Shown: one piece after another, positions 62,031-64,000 of the stretch
How positions within the stretch are numbered: position 1 is the first letter of the stretch
Layout of the letters: the number at the start of each line of letters is the position of its first letter
Source: Octopus sinensis
Lineage: Eukaryota
Assembly: GCF_006345805.1 (NCBI RefSeq)
Contig: NW_021832844.1
Coordinates: 130,430-194,429, forward strand
Reading direction: 5' to 3'
Length of the DNA: 64,000 nt
Position numbers and translations under genes: made by a program
Notes under the pieces: generated by a model
Told to the model about the DNA's origin: nothing
Seen by the model: the letters and a program-made list of their open reading frames with translations, nothing else
The model's database searches: none

Positions 62031-63338
62031 TATTTTGATTTTCTATGCTGACAACATCGCCATTGCCATTTTGGGTGTTTCGTCAAGGCTACAACAAGCT
62101 TAAATATATTACACAATAGTATCACTGCTAACCGCTTATCAACTTGCCTAAAAAACTCAGCGACCTCTTCACTTTAGACAGAATAAGTCAGTGGTTCTTA
62201 CCCTGGACAACAACAAAATTACGTTTGGCCGGACTCTGAAAATCCTAGGAGTTACTTTCGATGGCATGTGCTTTTCTCCACACTTGGAGAACTCCTTAAC
62301 AAAATCCCAAAGAAAAACCAACGTATTAAAGTGTCTCTCTTGACTTTGGAAGTTTGAAAAGCACCCAGTACTTGGATATCTATACAACCAATACATCGTG
62401 CCTTGTTTATCGTATGCATGTACGTTATGGGGGCAACTCCATTTCCTGGTCCAATAACAGGAAGATTGAGGTGAGCCTGAAAAAAAGCTCTAGCACTACG
62501 GAGCGTTGAACAAAAGCCAAGCTTTCAACTTCTACAGGCATGGAAGCCCTCTTGCTCTCCTGCACGGGTACTCGTGAGGAGTCAGGATCACGAAATGTTA
62601 CTTTTCCTGTCTTTCATGTTTCTAATGAGAAATTGTTATGCTCTTCAATCCAATCAGTTTTCATATTATCACACAAAAAATAATAAGATTTCAAAGTTAA
62701 GTTCACAAAAGAATTTTCTCTCTTAAAATCAATTGACTTCCGAACCTATTCAAGGGCCTCAAGCATGATTTTGTTAAGAGCAAATGGCGAGGTATATAAC
62801 CTGCGGACATGAAGCCCGTATGTATCTATCGTTGATCCACACTAGCAGGAATGAGAGTTACAAATTAATAGTCCGAGTCAAAGGCATATTTAAATATAAC
62901 CAGTAAACGTCAATTGACTGACACTCGATTTTTTGACAAGATCAAAATAATAAACGTCAATTGACTAATATAATATTATTTTTCTGACCGCAAAAACAAT
63001 CCAAAAATGAACTATCAATTTTGTTCTGACGCCAGAAAATTAGTTAGACAATGTGTAGTATAATGTTCATCCAACTTGGAAAGATCACCAAAGTAGTAAA
63101 AGACACCTGTTATGACACTATTCCTAAGTACAGTTGATTTTTACAATAAGAAACAATATCAAATTTAATTTTAAATGTATTCGTAGTGAGAAATGTATTT
63201 ATTTTGAGAAAAATAAACTGTTATAGGTTTATTTAATTAAAAAAATATATTTCTAGACATTAATTATTTAGGTAAAATCTGATTTAGTATTACTTAAATT
63301 ATGTTAATAACATATAATAAATTAGCGCTTTAGTTCTT

Positions 63339-63644
63339 ATGGATTTGAGGTTGTTGGTCACATAATTTTCTTAATATAGAGAAACTGACAAAACTTCTGT
63401 TCCAGAAGAAAATCTCCCACCTAACCATGCTTCTATAATCCAAAGAAAACTAAGGAGACAGAACATATATTTCGACTCAGGAGACTACAACATGGCCAAG
63501 GCACAACTTAAACCTGGAGTCGATAAAGATGCAGCTTTAAAAAATGCCACAGGCTCTCAGCACCCCACTCCTGCAGATATTCCACGTAAGCTGTCTGACA
63601 CTTGTATAATGGATCCCAATGTTTCAAAAGATAAACACAACTAA
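63339..63644 (+). CDS. ENSA: Alpha-endosulfine/ARPP-19, copy 2
   Basis: Matches 30630-30935 (FDSGDY; 30-nt intron 63350-63379). Confidence 0.92.
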
Positions 63645-63672
63645 TGATTTTTGTTCTCTAAAATTTCTTTTT

Positions 63673-64000
63673 TTATATTCGACAAGTGATAGGGCAAATA
63701 AATTTTGCCAATAAATCTAATGACATGTATTTTGTAGGTTTTCTGCAGCGACGTGAAAGGTCTTGACTCTTAGGTCTTAACACAGTGGTCATCCCATCGG
63801 GTCTTCTTCCGTCCTCTACGAAAATCCCTGCAGGTTCCAATTGTGTGTGGAATCCAGCAGTTCGAAGAGATCGACAGATGATCTGGTTCAGTTCGGAATG
63901 CCGTGAGGAACGTCCAATTCCGTTTCGACATGAGAGGGAGTGATATCCAAACTCGTCAGTCCACACGCCGCACCGGCATTGGTGTTTTTCATAGACGCGT
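63673..64000 (-). mobile_element. CRE fragment, copy 2 (runs off the window)
   Basis: ORF 63673..63966 is identical to the C-terminal part of 30963..31559. Confidence 0.82.

Larger units (their letters stand above)
42617..64000 (+). repeat. Second copy of the about 10.5-31.3 kb segment (tandem segmental duplication or co-assembled haplotype)
   Basis: Identical ORFs at offsets 32095 (10950/43045), 32105 (20135/52240) and 32709 (28640/61349). The copy runs to the window end. Confidence 0.97.

Overview
AT-rich eukaryotic (animal-type) DNA with very short GT-AG introns (mostly about 22-30 nt), consistent with a genome-reduced parasite such as a myxozoan (inference only). Host genes: a TREX1/2-like DEDDh exonuclease, an SLC12A9-like cation-chloride cotransporter, a Sin3 co-repressor, and an ENSA/ARPP19 endosulfine that the ORF track misses. 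The rest is a dense stack of mobile elements: CRE-clade and R4-clade RLE retrotransposons, RTE- and Jockey/I-like LINEs, pogo/Tigger and Tc1 transposons, Ginger-like (TGT...ACA, 5-bp TSD) elements, and a 74-bp satellite array. About 10.5-31.3 kb is repeated almost identically at 42.6-64 kb (offset about 32.1 kb, rising to 32.7 kb after a 604-bp insertion found only in the second copy); this is either a true tandem segmental duplication or two haplotypes assembled in series. The most interesting signal is a hidden Ginger-type system: an intron-split DD35E integrase invisible to the ORF track, a 1162-bp deletion derivative with GNA-triloop hairpins, and a 599-bp non-autonomous element with a filled/empty site pair inside this window. 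A pogo transposase also carries a host-sized micro-intron. All assignments come from motif recognition and manual translation; no database searches were run.
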